64,000 nt of DNA. Source: Yuukianura sp. NJ FZ-2021. Lineage: Eukaryota. Positions 63,000 to 64,000 of the stretch are shown one piece after another. A program made the translations under genes and the position numbers. The notes under the pieces are model-generated. The model worked only from the letters and a program-made list of their open reading frames with translations, was not told where the DNA came from and made no database searches. The stretch is taken from the NCBI GenBank assembly GCA_046563655.1, contig CM102288.1, positions 806,001 to 870,000 of the forward strand, read 5' to 3'. How positions within the stretch are numbered: the stretch's first letter is position 1; each line of letters opens with the position of its first letter.

Positions 63000-64000
63000 T
63001 TTGGCCAATTAACTTCTCAACGTAAGTTGACCTTTGAACTTTGATTCTCTTTTCAGTTTCTAGGCAAAACCGGCGTGACGGATGGAGCTCCGACAAGTGA
63101 TCTCGATCTTGAAGAATTTTTACAAGTTGAGGAGACCGGAAGATGTTTTTGACAACTAAAGTTACTAAAAACTTGTTTGTAGTAACATTCGATTCAAAAA
63201 TCACTGTTGCCATTGGTTTCCTGTTTTAACCAATGGAGAACACTGAATTTTGTATTTTTGAAATTCGATAATGAGTGCATTTTCATTGATTTTTGGTATT
63301 TTTTTAATTATTTAATTCCGTTTCGTAATATTTTTAATTTAACTAATTTCAAAATCATTCAAAAAGTTTTTCTTTTCAAGCTACCAACTTTCTCGCATGA
63401 AACGGCAGATAATTTAAAGGCGCCAAAGTGAAAGTGTGGGAAAGCGAACTTTCTCTTCAAAACAGAAAAATGCGCATCAAATCCTTTTAAAGTCACGTCA
63501 CACAAAGTTTACAACTGTAAATATGCATTTGAATCTTTTTTTGCCCTCGAGGGGTGTATATTTTCTTACAAAGTGTATTTATAGATGCTAATCTGGGTCC
63601 ACCAGATGCATCTTCCTTCAAAAAGTCTCTTGTGTAGGTATTGTGGGGTAGTTTTTCATGTAACTAAAAAGAAGCATAGCTTACAAGAATATTTATAAAG
63701 TGATCTTCTTTTATAAGCTTCAACCACTTGAACTTTTGAGTGTCAAGTGACAAATAGAAGCTCTTACCAAGAATTTAAAATTGCAACAGTTTTGCAAAGA
63801 CTCAAGTTTATGTTATTAGTCAGTGTGAAATCACTTTGTGGTTTATCATCAGTCTGAAACTACTAAGAAGTCTGACTATAAAGTTAGTGAGTCATGGATT
63901 AGAGTAATATAAAGTGTGGACAAACTTAATTGTAAAATTAATTGCTAATTGAAGTGTTAATTACTTTAACTTTTCTTTACAGTTAACCATGACCATGACC

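Noticed and set aside
63970..64000. Start of another plus-strand gene (TTACAG acceptor then ATGACCATGACC)
   Set aside because: Too little sequence in the window to support a call.

Overview
Eukaryotic, AT-rich, gene-dense genomic DNA with short GT-AG introns. Gene content points to an arthropod; a springtail-like hexapod is only a guess. About 13 spliced protein genes are present: GW182/TNRC6 (3' end runs off the window), CWF19L1, Notchless, LUC7-like, ZNF598, synaptogyrin, a bacterial-type Rid/YjgF gene split by a hAT MITE, a small 4-TM protein, PRPF31, a kainate-type ionotropic glutamate receptor with an antisense nested Ly6/quiver gene, cytochrome b5 reductase 4-like, THUMPD1 and IQCK. There are also several MITEs and a tRNA-like element inside a larger fold-back. 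The strongest finding is in the glutamate receptor: two tandem 138-nt exons of identical phase each encode the whole M1-M2 loop and pore loop. One has the canonical Q/R-site LMQQG and the other has LVGGG, suggesting a splice switch of the selectivity filter. Other leads are a candidate LUC7 autoregulatory poison exon, a structured RNA in the probable GW182 leader, and possible ancient linkage with human 16p genes. Exon boundaries were read by eye and family assignments come from motif recognition, not database searches.
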